Origin: the human T2T-CHM13v2.0 reference genome, Homo sapiens
Length of the DNA stretch: 64,000 bases
Assembly (NCBI RefSeq): GCF_009914755.1
Contig: NC_060936.1
Strand: one strand, 5' to 3'
The notes under the pieces are model-generated. The model was not told the DNA's origin. It saw only the letters and a list, made by a program, of their open reading frames with translations, and made no database searches. Positions 46,603 through 62,425 of this stretch are shown here, piece after piece. A program made the translations under genes and the position numbers. Within the stretch, counting starts at the first letter, position 1; every line of letters begins with the position of its first letter.

Positions 46603-47975
46603 TGACTTTTTGACTCTCCTTTTGATTTCTTCTTTGACCCATTGGTTTTGTCAGGAGTATATTGTTTACTTTCCATGTATTTGTGAATTTTTAAATTTCC
46701 CTCCTATTATTGATTTCTAATTTTATACCATTGTAGTTGAAAAACATGCTTGATATGATTTTAACATAGTTGGATTTAACACTTAATTTTGTGGCCTAAC
46801 ATATGTTATATTCTGGGGAATGCTCTATGTGTACTTGAGAAGGATATGTTTTCTGCTGCTGTTGGATGGATGTTTCATATAGTCTGTTATTTGCTCTATA
46901 CTCTTATTCAGGTCTAATGTTTTCTTATTGACAGACTGTTTGACCTATCCATTGTTAAAAGTGGGGTAGTAAAGTCCTCTCTTGTTATTGTATTGCTGTC
47001 TGTTTCTCCCTTCAGTTCTGTTAGTATTTGCTTTATATTTTTAGGTGCTCTAAGGTTGGATGCATATATATTAATACATTTACAATTGTAATATTCTCTT
47101 GATGAATTGACCCATTTATTGTTGTATAATAACCTTGTCTCTTGTGACTGAAAGTCTATTGTGTCTGATATAAGTAAGCCCATTTCTATTCTTTTTTGGT
47201 TACCATTTCCATGGAATATCTTTTTCTATCCTTTTGTTTTCAGCCTGTGTGTGTCCTTACAGCTAAAGTGAGTCTCTTGTAGCCAACATATTGTTGGATA
47301 CTTAAAAAAGTCTGTTAGCCACTCTGTATCTTTTGATTGGAGAATTTAATCCATTTAAAGTAATTATTGATAGTTAAGGCCATTTTGTTGTTCTCTGTTT
47401 TGTAGGTCCTTTGTTCCTTTCTCTCTTGCTGCCTTCCTTTCTGATTTGATTTTTTTTTTTGTAATTGTATGCTTAATTCCTTTCTATCTTTTATATGTTA
47501 CTGGAGGTTAGTTTTCTTTGTGGTTACTATGAGGGTTACATAAGATATCTTAGGCTGTTTTAAGGTTGTAATAACTAAACTTTAATTACCTACAAAAATT
47601 CTGCAATTTTATGTCTCCCTCCTTCACAGTTTATGCTATTGATGTCACACTTTACATCTTTTTATATTTGTGTACCCATTGACAAATTATTGTAGCTATA
47701 GTTATTTTTATACTTTTGTCTTTTAACTTTTATGCTAGTTAAAATTGATTTATGTACCACGATTACAGCATTGCAGTATTCTGAATTTGACTGTATATTT
47801 ATTTTTACCAGTGAGTTTTATACTTTAATGTGTTTTCATGTTTTTATTTAGTGTCCTTTAGTTTCAACTCAGCTCCCTTTAGCATTTCTTATAAGGCAGG
47901 TCTAGTGCGATGAACTCTGTCAGCTTTTGTTTGTCTGGAAATGTCTTTATCTCATCTTTATTTCTGAAGAACAAC

Positions 47976-48340
<365 letters not shown>

Positions 48341-49439
48341 AACAACTTTCTTATGTATAATATTCTTGGCTGGCAGTTTTTGTCTATTAGCACTTTGACT
48401 ATATCATCTCATTCCCTCCTGATCTGCAAGGTTTCTGCTGAGAAATCCACTGATTGCCTTGGTGGTGGTGGTAATGGTGGTGTGTATGTGTGTTGCGGGT
48501 TTCCTTGTATTATAGGTTGCTTTTCTCCTGCTGCTTTCAAAATTTCCTCTTTGCCTTTGATTTTTCAGAATTCAATTATAATGTGTTTCAGTGTAATTTT
48601 CTTTGACTTGAGCTTTTGAGCTTCATGAATCTAGATGTCTGTATTTCTTTCAAGATTTGAGAGATTCTCAGGCAACAGACATTCATTTACGTGAGCTAGG
48701 TATTTCTTCTATTCTCCTGTTGGGACCTTGGTAATGCACATGCTCATTCATTTAATGCTGCATCGGAGCTTCTGTATGCTTTTGTCGTTTTTAATTCACT
48801 TTTCTCTTTAGTTTCTCTAACTGGATAATTTTAAACGATGTGTGTTTGAGTTCCCTGATGCTTTCTTCTGCATAACTGAGTTTCCTATTGAAGCTATTAA
48901 TTTTTTTTTTCAGTTGTCAGTGTATTCTTCAGTTTCAAGATTTCTGTTTGGTTCTTTAGAGTTTCTATTCCTTTATTAAACTGTTTGTTTTGTTCATGTA
49001 TTGTTTTCCTAATTTTTGTTGAGTTTCCTGATTTTTGTTTCTGGGTTCTCTTGAGTCTCATTGAGCTTCTTTAGGATGATTATCTTTAATGCCATCAGTC
49101 ATTTCATGTATCTCCATTCCTTTGTGATCAGTCATAAGGGCTTTATTGGTTTACTTCGGTGATGTGTTATATAACTGTAAACCGAATACATGGAAAAATA
49201 AAAAAAAAACAATAGAAAAATAATTAGAATTAGCAAGAGCGTTTAACAGGTTTTCTAGATAGAATACCCATATAGGGGAATCATGTTCCTGTTTATATGC
49301 CAGCAAATAGCCACTAGAAAATGTAATTTTAAAAAGTTACTAAAATAATTTATTCAGGAAAAGTTCATTAGTGCATGGAGCCATTAGGTGAAAGGTTGAT
49401 AAAAGGTGAACTCTACACACAGAAGAGACCAGGCTGTCA

Positions 49440-49814
<375 letters not shown>

Positions 49815-50467
49815 TTATATTATATGCTGTCAGATGTGAGGCAATGTCAGTTATACAACACCATTAATTATTATTTTTACCTAAAAATGAAAATTGAATA
49901 TATTCAAGTCTTTAAAGCTAATATTCAGTATCAAAACAAACAAAAAGCAAGAGATATAGAGAAACAAGTTGAATTTCATCATGAAGAAGCAAACATACAA
50001 TCCAGAATGTGAGTCGTTGTATGGAATAATTGATTTCCTTTTTAAAAAAATCACTGGCATTCAAAAAGGGTACATTGGAGGAGGTAAGAGACTTTTCTCT
50101 AGATTAGTAGGGATTTGAAGGATCTGACAATAAGCACAATGTATGGGCGTTTTTTGTATTTTGATTCAAATAAAGTAGCCGTAAGAAATAAACTTTGATT
50201 CAAATGGGGAAATTTGAATATGGACTATATATTATACTGATATTGAGGAATTGTTAATTTTGTTACAATTTACGTTGTTAAACATGCTCTTTTTTGGAGA
50301 TGCATCAGGAAGCATGTATAAGGGTATAATGACATGATATCTGGAATTTTAAATGATGGCAAAACGTATAATGTACATAGAAATAAAATATATACACATT
50401 TTTTATGGAGGAAAATATAATGCTTTGTTAGCCTTTTAAGGAGACCTAAACAAATAGATAAACACAC

Positions 50468-50750
50468 TGACCAGTTTTCAACCTAACGATAGTGCAAAAG
50501 TGATACACGTTCAGTAAAACCACACTTTGAATTTTGATCTTTTCCTGTGCTATTGGTATGTAATATGATACTCTCTTGTGATGCTGGACAGTGGCAGTGA
50601 GCCACAGATCCCAGTTAGCCACACAACCAGGAGAGTAAACAACTGCTACTTTCCAGATTAGGTGTTTTAAATGCATTTTGGACTTAGGATATTTTCAACT
50701 TATGGTGGGTTTATTGGGATATAGCCCAATGGTAAGTTGAGGAGCATCTG
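50468..50750 (-). mobile_element. MER47/Tigger5-like
   Basis: TIR gtaagttgaggagcatctg|ta and internal ggcagtgagccacag. Confidence 0.78.
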
Positions 50751-50754
50751 TAGT

Positions 50755-52670
50755 ATGTTAATGAATTGAAAGATCCAAAAGCATGAAGTTTTTCCCAAAC
50801 TGACATTGCTTCAATGTGATTGGAATCAAAATCCCAGAGGCTGCTGTTGGGTTTTTTGTTGCTGTAGTTGGTTGGTTGGTTTGGTGGAACTTGACGGGCT
50901 AGTTCTGAAATTTCTATGAGAAGCGTAAAGCGCCAAGAACAGCCAAGAGAGTTTTGAAGAAGAAAAAGGTAGGGAGCCTTGCCTTGCTAATTACTTTTTG
51001 TAAAGGTATAGTAATTAAGGTGGTATAGATCTGGCACAGAAATATACAAACATAGCCACAAAACAGGTACACATGCATATAGAAACTTTGTACACACCAG
51101 AAGTGGCAATGCATGTAAATATTCCTGGGAAAATTCATTATAAATACATGTAAAAAATGAAATATTATTATGTTATACCAAACCCCCCAAAATGGAAGTA
51201 TGTTTTTACCTCATAACATATGCAACCTCGGTTTCAGATGGATTAATGACTGCAACGTGAAAGACAAAGTTAACGTCGTTTTAGGGGAATATCTTTATGA
51301 ACTTTGATGGACAAGATTTTGTGGAAATGTCACAAAATTGTATATTATAAAGGAGAAGATTGATACATTTGAAACAATTAAAAGTTTTAGGCTGGACATG
51401 GTGACTCATGCCTGTAATCCCAACACTGGGAGGCAGAGGCCAGTGGATTGCTTGAGTCCAGGAGTTCAAGACCAGCATAGGCAACATAGTGAAACCTCAT
51501 CTCTACTACAAATTAGCTGGGTGTGGTGGCATGTGCCTGTAATTCCAGCTGTTCAGGAGGCTGAGGTGGGAGAATCACCTGAGCCTGGGGGGTCAAGGCT
51601 GCAGTGAGCGGAGATTGTGCCACTGCACACTAGCCTTGGCGACTGAGTGAGATCCCATCTCGGAAGAAAAATAAAATTGAATTCTATCGATGAAAAGATG
51701 TAAAGAAATCATAGACTAGAAGAAAATACTTACATAACATATAACGGATAAAGTATTATTATCTATAATGTATAAAGAATACCTATAAGTCATTAAGAAA
51801 AAGATATGTTAATTTAAAAAGTGGAGAAAGACACAAATAGCTATTTCACAGAAGTGGAAACAGGAATGGCCAAATACTGTATGATAAGATATTCAGCCTA
51901 GGTGGTTAGAAACATGCATTGTAAAACTATAATGAGGTACTATTTTTTTTCTACCCTATTGGAAACATTTAGAAAGTCAGTACCATGTATTAATGGATGT
52001 GGAGAGGTATAATGGCCAACAGTTGTGCACAGCTAGCAAGAGTATAAATTAATATAGCTTCTTGGAAAATAAAATAAAATAAGGTGTACCTACTGTATTT
52101 CCTAGCAATTCAGTTCCTAGGCCTATACCTTAGAGATATTCCTGCCCAGGTATATCAGAGTGCACCTAGCAGCATTATTTAAAATGGCAAGAAGATGGAA
52201 ACAATGCAATTGTCATCTTCTGGGGAGTAGATTAAAGTAATTGCCATATATTATTTCATACCTCAGTGAAAGTGGAGAAGATTAAAAGATACATTACACT
52301 CTGAATGGTCTAAGTCTCGAAACCTATTGAAAGGGAATAATATTGAATATCATTCTGTACTAAAAAGAAAAATGAATAATTATTTATCTTTATAAAGCTC
52401 AAAAACATGTAAACTATAAATGAACAGTTCATATATATATATGTAGCAAAACAATAATAAAAGCAAAGGGATTTTAAACATAAATTTTGAGATATAGGTT
52501 GTTCTTATTAATGGAGGATAGACCAATAGTAGAGAGAGACACAATAGGGAGCTTCAGAAGTAAATATGATGTTCCATTTCTTAAGCTAGGTTTATGGATT
52601 TTTATGTCATTATTTTCATATACATCTACATTATATACAGTGTATTGAATGTTTGAAATATTTAATAATG
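50755..52670 (+). mobile_element. Old L1M (ORF2 3' part and 3'UTR) relic
   Basis: gaacagccaa...ttgaagaagaa, atagtaattaag, tttcacagaag, cctagcaattc. Confidence 0.7.
51390..51675 (+). mobile_element. AluJ
   Basis: Dimer. Confidence 0.92.
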
Positions 52671-53071
52671 GTAAAATTAGAGTTGTTTTACAAAGCTTTC
52701 TTTTTCTATCAGCCATTCTAATATTTCAGTGCGTCGATGTCAAAAATACTGCTTCCGTATTTCCAAAATCTCTGACTTGGTTTCTTTTTAGTCATTTCAA
52801 ATGATCCCGTGCCTTTCTTTTGTTTTATGATTTCATTGTTCTTCGTAGAATACATGCTGAAATACATGTTCTTTATGGGAAAACTTATTTTTGTAAACGA
52901 ATGTGCTACCATTGAGAGGAACGAATTTGGAATTGTTGAAAAATTTCGCAGCATGTATTTATTCGTTGGTTTTCAGCCATTCCTTATTGTCACTGGTGTA
53001 AGTCTCTAGATAAACATATTTGTTTCTATACATACATATGCAAAGCTTGATTTTTCTCCTTCTGTCATTAG

Positions 53072-53207
53072 GCAAGTGAAAGACCAGAATAAGAAGGTAG
53101 CAAATCTGAAGCACAAGGAACAGGTGGAAAAAAAGAAGAGTGCACAAATGTTAGAGGAGGCGCGACGACGGGAGGACAATCTCAACGACAGCTCTCAGCA
53201 GCTACAG
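53072..53207 (+). CDS. ERC1: ERC1 internal coding exon (136 nt, phase 2 to phase 0): (R)QVKDQNKKVANLKHKEQVEKKKSAQMLEEARRREDNLNDSSQQLQ
   Basis: Acceptor ctccttctgtcattag|GCAAG and donor CTACAG|gttaga. Open frame continuous with the 6175 exon; recognisable ELKS sequence. Confidence 0.97.
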
Positions 53208-53336
53208 GTTAGAACACAAGGAGAATCTGAAAGGATCGGGTGAAGACATTTGATCCGTAATCGCATGTTGTTTTTCTCTTCATCTTTATCCTCCTCTTTT
53301 TTCTCTTTCTAACCCTGCTTGCTGCCTTCCTCTCAG

Positions 53337-53460
53337 ACCAACTGTTTAGCAATGAAGGAATGGCTTTAAGTAGAAAATGCAAGTTTTATTCCACAGCTTT
53401 ATGAGGACACCTCAGCATAGGAGAAAGTTCATCTTGCTTCAAGTTGATCACACTTAATTG
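53337..53460 (+). other. ERC1: Candidate poison (PTC-containing) cassette exon of ERC1, 124 nt, encoding TNCLAMKEWL-stop
   Basis: Acceptor ttctaaccctgcttgctgccttcctctcag| with branch point and ~89-nt AG-free zone; donor TTG|gtaagt; in-frame TAA at 53367-53369. Confidence 0.5.
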
Positions 53461-53799
53461 GTAAGTTCAATGACAGTTTAATGAGTGGGTTATATTAGGC
53501 TTCAGGGTTGTCAGTATACCTCTTTGCCAGTTCCATTCATTAAAATGGATTGCTAATCTTGGTTTGTGTCTTTCTTCCTTTTTTCTATTCTTCCTTTCTC
53601 TTTTCCTTCTACCTCTCTAACCTCCCTCTATCTTTCCTTCCTTTCCTCTTTTTAAATATTCAGTTTAGTAAGAATATTTTACAGTCATACAGAATGTGAC
53701 ATATAAACTGTATTTTTTCACTTCAGTGGAGTGATAATTGATGCCTAAACCTAATTATTCACAGATTAATTAAACCAGGCTCAACAACAGCAGTAGCAG

Positions 53800-54030
53800 C
53801 TACCATATTATAAGTGCCAGTTAGGTCCTCAGTATTTGAAACTAGGCTCTGGTCATTCATTTTGTTCTAACCTTCACAGTAATCCAAGTGGAGCAGGTGG
53901 TATTGTATACATTTTGCACCGGGGGAAATAGATTCAGAGACATTGTGTTACTTACGTAAATGCACACAGCTTCTAAATGGCTCAGCCATGATTTTAACTG
54001 GGACTTCCTGAATCTGTAGACTGTCCTCTT
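53800..54030 (-). mobile_element. MIR
   Basis: agctaccat...gtgccag...cacacagct. Confidence 0.6.
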
Positions 54031-55402
54031 TGTCTTGATCATAATGCTTCAGAATGAAGGTGTAGATTATAGGGAAGAATACCATAAATGTGCTGGAGTC
54101 TCTGAAAGCCATGCTAAGACTAAGCCACTGCCAGATTGTTTTTCTCTAGTTAACAATTTCTAATTGGGTCTGATACTGTGTATATGCCGCAATTACAATC
54201 TTTACTGGAGAGATTTGGAGGGGTTACTATGTAGAAGCCATTCTGAGGCTTTACAACAAATTCTTTTAACATATGAAGAAGACTCTACTTTTTACTTCTT
54301 TTTCTCATTCCTCTTTTATGTAACTTTTACTGATTATGTTTATAGAAAAAGTATAAATTTCCTCAAATGCACCAAATTTTGCAAAAAGCAGCATGCCCGT
54401 TTTTCCTCATCCTTGCCAATAACAGTTAATATTGGCAGTTTTCTCATCTTTCTGTTCTTCCTCCTTTTTTTTTTTTTTAACAAAATACAAATCTGATGAG
54501 TGGTAAATATTTCATTCTGTGTTAATTTATATTTCTCTGATTACCAATGACATTGTTTTTTCAAGTCTTGAATTTTCTTTTGCTTGTTAATGTAATTTAA
54601 ATCTCTCTTCCATTGTTAGGTTTTCCTCCCATGGATTTTTTGCTTAGTTTATCCACATTTTGAGAGTATATATTTACACATAAATACTTTTAAGTTGTTC
54701 TGTGCTTTCATATTTTTGCCTTTACTTTTTAATTCATTTTGTGGTATTTGTGTGGTGAGGATATTTTTTCTTTATTGCTAACAACTTCACAAGAATGTTT
54801 ATAGGGAATTATTTCATTGCTCACAAACTTGAATTGATGTCTTTATATTTCATGAAATTAATGATGAGTCTGTTTCTAGGATTTCAGTTTAACCTCCCTT
54901 CTTGAACTATGGCCACATTGTTGTTTAATTCTAGAAAGTATTTATTTTATGATAAGGCAAGCCTCTCTTTATGTTAGCACTTTAACTGTTTCATTTGTCT
55001 TTCTTACCCTGCTCATCATTTAATGTTTTCTATTAGCAGTCTCTCTCTATAAACCAAAGATACTCTTCTAATCTTCTCTCAGTTGTTATAACACCAAAAG
55101 TGCTTTCATATGTAATCTCTTATTTCCTTTTTATATAAACTAAAAGATAAATAAGATAGATTATATTATTTATATTTTACCTATAGGGAAAACTAATTTA
55201 GAGTGGATGACTGGCTTCCCCAAGGTGTCTAAGTAAATGATAGATACCAAAGTTATGAAAAAGATAGCTGATGGCCATGTGCAAATTACACAGAGATGTA
55301 ATTCATTCAAATACCGTGAAAAGAGCACTGGACTACAAGTTAGGATACTTAGGATCTGATCTCAGTTCTTTTACTAACTACTCAGTTACTTAAGTATATT
55401 TC

Positions 55403-55657
55403 TGTTTGTTTATTTATTTATTTACTTATTTGACAGACAGTCTTACTCTGTCACCTAGGCCGGAGTGCAGTTGTGTGATCCTCCTGTCTCAGCCTCCCAA
55501 GTAGCTGGGACTGCAGGCTTGTAATTTTTTAATTTTTTGTAGAGACAAAGTCTCACTATGTTGCCTTAGGCTGTTCTCGAACTCCTGGCTCCACACGAAC
55601 CTCCTGCATCAGCCTCCCAAAGTGCTAGGACTATAGGCGTGAGCCACTGTGCCTGGC
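55403..55657 (-). mobile_element. AluJ, internally deleted
   Basis: Alu motifs, (TTTA)n tail. Confidence 0.88.
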
Positions 55658-55749
55658 CCTATGGATCATATTTAGAGATTGCAATCTGGGTGTTAGGGGT
55701 ACTCCCCACCACTGCGTTGTCATTTACAACAACATAATGAAGAAATACA

Positions 55750-56046
55750 GCCGGCCATCGTGGCTTATGCTAATCCTAGCGACTCGGGAGGTGAGATGAA
55801 GGATCACTTGAGACCAGAGTTCAAGACCAGCCTGAGCAACATAGACCCTGCCTCTAAAAAAATTTAAGAAATTAGCCTGGCAGGATGGTGTACACGTACG
55901 GTCCCAGCTACTGTAGAGGCTGAGACTGGAGAATTGCTTTATCCCAGGAGTTCAGGGTTGCAGTGAGCTGTGATTGTGCCACTATACTCCAGCGTATGTG
56001 ACAGGGCAAGGCCCTGTCTCTAAAATAAATTAAATGAAAATAAAAG
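55750..56046 (+). mobile_element. AluJ
   Basis: Diverged dimer. Confidence 0.88.
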
Positions 56047-56116
56047 AAGTTAGGAATTCTTGGAGAAGTTACTCATTCCAGGATTAGAGCAAGAAATGTA
56101 CAAGACAAACCTAAAT

Positions 56117-56303
56117 TAGTGGTTCTCAAACTTGTGTGCGTTGGAGTTACATGGAGGGCTATTAGAAAAGTAGATTGCTGTCTCCTGTCCCTAGGGGTTT
56201 TGATTCAGTAAGTTTGGGGAAAGCCCCATGAATTTGCATTCTAATAAGTTCCTGGGTGATGATAAAATTCCTGGACCAGGAACCACATTTTGAAAAATCA
56301 CTG
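56117..56303. mobile_element. MER5A
   Basis: tagtggttctcaaactt...gaatttgcattctaataagttcc...tttgaaaaatcactg. Confidence 0.85.
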
Positions 56304-58123
56304 CGCTATAGCATCATGCGATATGAAAAATTAAGAACCTATCAAAGACTACTGGGGTCATATAAGGATGGACAGAGGAGCAAGAATGAAGGGGCTATCA
56401 CTGGCCTAGGATAGACAGTTTGAGCATAAGAAAGACTAATGAGCACAGTTGTTTAAAACAAAGTATTTTTAAATCCGGAAACTTCATTGTGAGACTATAA
56501 AAATAATTTGGAGATTGCTGGGACACCAGTGCCCTAACACTGGGATTTACTTTTTAAAATTCCAATGGTAGTAGGGGAAACATTGGCCATTTTTTGATAG
56601 TTTATTGAAGCTGAGTGGTGGTGACATGGGGTGTATGATATTATCTTTCCTATACTTTTGCATGTTTGAAATTGTCCCTAATAAAATGCTGGAAAAGAAA
56701 GATATCACTTAACCACTTGAAACTTTCGTATCTGTAAAATGAGTCTTAAGACAGATAAGACTTCACTCTTAGACTTTAGTGTGTCTTTCAGTTCTAAACT
56801 AGCTTTTTAACCATATTTGCGTAGCCCTGGAGTGGAGCCTGTGACTCTGGGTTCATTTCTTAGCCAAGCTCCTTATTTGTGTTTTCCCTTTACTTGAGAA
56901 ATATTTTCCGTATTTTCCAAGTAACTCTTTTTTCATATCTTTGCTTGAATTTCATGGAGTTGGTTTCTTCTGTTTTTAAACTGAAGGTCATATAGCTTTG
57001 GTCGTATACCTTTGCTTTTGTCTAAAAATTATAAATTTTAATTAACATACTAGAAAAATTAATCCATAATATATATTTGTTTATATCCCTCTACATTTTC
57101 TTTTAAACTTTAATTTTACTTATTTGTAATACTAATATATATACACTCTTCCGTATTTTGCTTTTTAAAAACTTTATATCATTTAAACATTTCCATGAGT
57201 TATGTGTTTCATAATGATGCTTGTACTTACTATTTTCAGTTGAATCCAGAGTTCAGTAGCTTTATACACGTTCCTCTTTTTCTGGACATTTCTTAATTTT
57301 CAATTTTCACAGAGCAAATTTGTACAGATAAATTGTACCCAATTTGGTGATTTCCTTTGGCTATTCCTCAGAGCAAACTTACTCAAAGTATATGAAGTGT
57401 TGTAGCTTTTCTTAAATTTTTGTTACCAAAGATGAACTAATTTATAGTACTTCCAGCAGTTTGCAGGCATTCTGTTTTCCCTATAGCCACTTTGGTTCTA
57501 TTTAATTTTTTGCTCATTTTACATATAATGGCGTCTTCAAGTTGTTATATTTCATTTCTTCAGTGACACTGTCCGTTTTTCACATGTAATGATCTATTAT
57601 CTGAAATTTCCGTGTCAAATTTTAATTACATTTGCTACCTATCATGAAGATCTTTTCATATCACCTCCTTTGAATTGATATGTTATGAATTACATTGAGG
57701 AATGATGATTGTTACATATTTTTTCTTTTTCAGTCATTTTTCTTTTGAAATTTATTAGATTTTGTTGTTTAAACATCTTTTCAAAAAAATCTTTTAAATT
57801 GCTTATCTTGTCCTTTCAAGGCAATTTTTTCACTTAATATCCATTTGCAACAGAGTCAAGCATACTAGTTTCTTTTAGTTCTTTAGCTGTGTGTATGTGT
57901 TTGTTTCTTGTAAATGTTCATTGCTTTAATGCATGTGGAATTTATTTAACTTAACTTACAAAACATAGATTTAAAGTACTCTTTCTTTACCCTGATACAC
58001 AGTTCTCCTGGTAGCACTTAGTAAATAGGTATTCTTTAAAAAAATTTTAAATCTACCTAATCATATGCTACATAATCACACAGAAGTTTCCATTTCATTC
58101 TAGATTCATTGTTTTGTCTTTAA

Positions 58124-58498
<375 letters not shown>

Positions 58499-59024
58499 TA
58501 ACTTTATCTCAAAACTTTTTTTCTAGGTAAATTTATCAGTTTTTTCAACAACCTTTGAAACATCATTTGAGTGTCTTTAGTTTGTTAAATTATACTAATA
58601 ACTTAAAGAATATTATCACTTGTAATTTATTTAGTCATCTCCAGCCAGGAACTAAATTCATTCCTCTTTATTCCTATTTATGTTTATTATTTATCATGTT
58701 AAAAAAGATTTAAGGAATATAAAATATTTTCTAAAGAAAGCTAATATCCAGATTACAACCAAATTATTAAAGATTTGTGGTAGATAATAGAGAAGAAAAA
58801 GGCAAATGAAACTTCAAGCCATAAAAAGATGAAAAAAGTATTAGCAAATGCTCTTTATTGTATTCACCTATAAAATAACCTTTCTTCTTATGAAAACGGA
58901 GTCAAATTCCTTACAGAGCTCCTGTCTCTAAAGGTTGTGAGCATTAATGAGATGATACATGTAAAAGCTTCTATAAGAGCAAATGTTAACAGGATTGGAC
59001 TAGGTAGTAGTAACATAACAGGTA

Positions 59025-59656
<632 letters not shown>

Positions 59657-59675
<19 letters not shown>

Positions 59676-59821
59676 AGGGATGTAATGAAACGTGAGAGAT
59701 ACTGAGGTGCTATGTAGGGATGTAATGAAACGTGAGAGATACTGAGGTGCTATGTAGGGATGTAATGAAACGTGAGAGATACTGAGGTCCTACTGTAGGG
59801 ATGTAATGAAACGTGAGAGAT
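59657..59821. repeat. 40-bp minisatellite, 4 copies
   Basis: Three identical units (59657, 59697, 59737) and one 41-bp variant (59777). Confidence 0.98.
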
Positions 59822-59927
59822 GCTATAATTTTCTTGTAAAAGGAGGCACTCACTTCATTAGGAGAGAACTTTTAATTTTTCCGGTAGGATTTTGTGAGAA
59901 ATTTGCCTCGTGTTACTTCATTTAGAG

Positions 59928-60129
59928 CAGTGGTTCTCAAGTAAGGCTCAGTTTTGGCGCTAAGGAATCTTTGGCACTGTCTGGGGACATTTGCAACTTG
60001 AGGGGTGCTACCGGCATCTAGTGAGTAGAGTGCTGGGTGCTGCTAAACGTCCTGTAGTTCTCCGGATAGCCCCCACGGCAAAGAATTTCTCGGCCCACAC
60101 TGCAAATAGTGCTGAAGTTTGAAACCACG
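59928..60129 (+). mobile_element. MER20
   Basis: cagtggttctcaa...gtgctaccggcatctagtg...tgctgctaaac...aatagtgctga; TSD-like tttaga. Confidence 0.85.
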
Positions 60130-60800
60130 TTTAGAAACACTTTGAATGCCAGTTCTTTATCCGAAGTGTTACTGTGGATGAAGTTTTCATGAATAGCTTT
60201 GGAAACCTAATACGTATGGCCATATTTATATTTTTTTCTATGTAGAGCTAAGACCAAAGCTGTTAAGTTAAAACTCTGTAGTGGCAGTGCCACAGTACCC
60301 AGTAATATCGCCTAGGTACATAGTTTTCTGGTACCGTACTCTAATTTGATGTGAAATAATGCTAGGAGAGTTGTGGTGAGTGAGTAATTTACATAACATA
60401 CACAATAACCATCATTCTCGGGCACATAATTCCAGATTGAAGTTAATATACCACGTGATTGAAGTATTCTGTATTATTGTTAATGAAGACTTGGTACTCT
60501 AGAAGTATTTAATAATTGTCACACAATCGTAATCGAATGACTGGTTATATTTTTGGTGTGTCATAGAATAGTAGAATAGCAATTAATTATGTCTTCTTAT
60601 TTTAATCATTTTTATCACAATGTTTTGTGTTTTAAATTTCTGGCTATTTAGGTGATCTCTTGATGTTTTCATGAAATAGGAGAAGTAAAGGGAAACACTA
60701 CTACCTTATTTCTGTTTTTTGAAGGAATTATTTTAGTATTTCTACGTTAAGTATAATAATTCTAGTATTAAAATATTCATTAAGTGTTTTGTACTTAATG

Positions 60801-61101
<301 letters not shown>

Positions 61102-62169
61102 GTGAACCAGCACACCTGGCCTTATACTTAATGTTTTGAATAGTTTATGTTTAATCTTTATCAGATGCCGTTTTGATATTCAAAGGTCAGTTTTGCTAGT
61201 TACGTTAAAAAGCACGTAGTAAATTTATTTTATTTGTGAAGATTAACACTTGACCTGCAGGGTTCATTTTCACTTTTTGTTATTCAGCGACTGCCACTTG
61301 TGATGTTAAGTTCATCACTGGCTTCACTGTTCCAGGTAGAAGTTACAGTTTGCCAGAGAGCAGTAGTACTACTTTTCTATTTTTTCTCTTTTTTAACTCT
61401 GAAAAATAAAATACATTTTTAAAGTATGCACATGCACATGTAGATGTGCCGTGTAAAGAATACTTATAACATGATCATCTCGAGAAATTGGAGTATTGTT
61501 GGCATCCCAGAAATCATATGTGTATTTCTTTGCTATCATTTTTCTCTTCTGTTCCTCTAGAGATTACTATTCTGACTTTTCTTCTTCTTTGCTTTTCTTT
61601 ATGACCTGCACATATATCAAAAAGTATAATTTAGTTTTGTATATTTTGTACTTCAATAAATGGAATTACTGTATTTATTCTTTTGTCACTTCTTTTGTTG
61701 ATCATTATTTGTGAGATTCATTTGTATTAGTTATATGTAGCATCCATTCCTTTATTGTCCTTGTACTGTGTTTATTTAATTCAGAATTCCACATTTATAT
61801 TGAAAGTGCTCTGAAAAGATGATTCATTTCTTTTCAATTTTCCATTCTTTGAATACTTCAGATAGTACCAAAAGTAATTCCTTTTGGCAGAAAGTGAGTT
61901 TAGAAGTAAGTGGTTACTTTGCTTTTTGTTTTTGGTTCAACACATTAAAAATGTTCTGATTGGATTAAACACTGTCTTACATGTGAAATGAAAATGATAC
62001 CTGAAAAACTAAGAGAATCTGAGGATCCCAGAGATTCTAAACACTTTTTTGTCATTTATCATGGCCTTAGATATGAATACTCTTCCTTACGATGTCATGG
62101 TGCCACTCAGTTGTATCCTATTTCTACCTTTGTGTTTTGGACAGTTAATTACTGTGATTTATAGTAACT

Positions 62170-62425
<256 letters not shown>

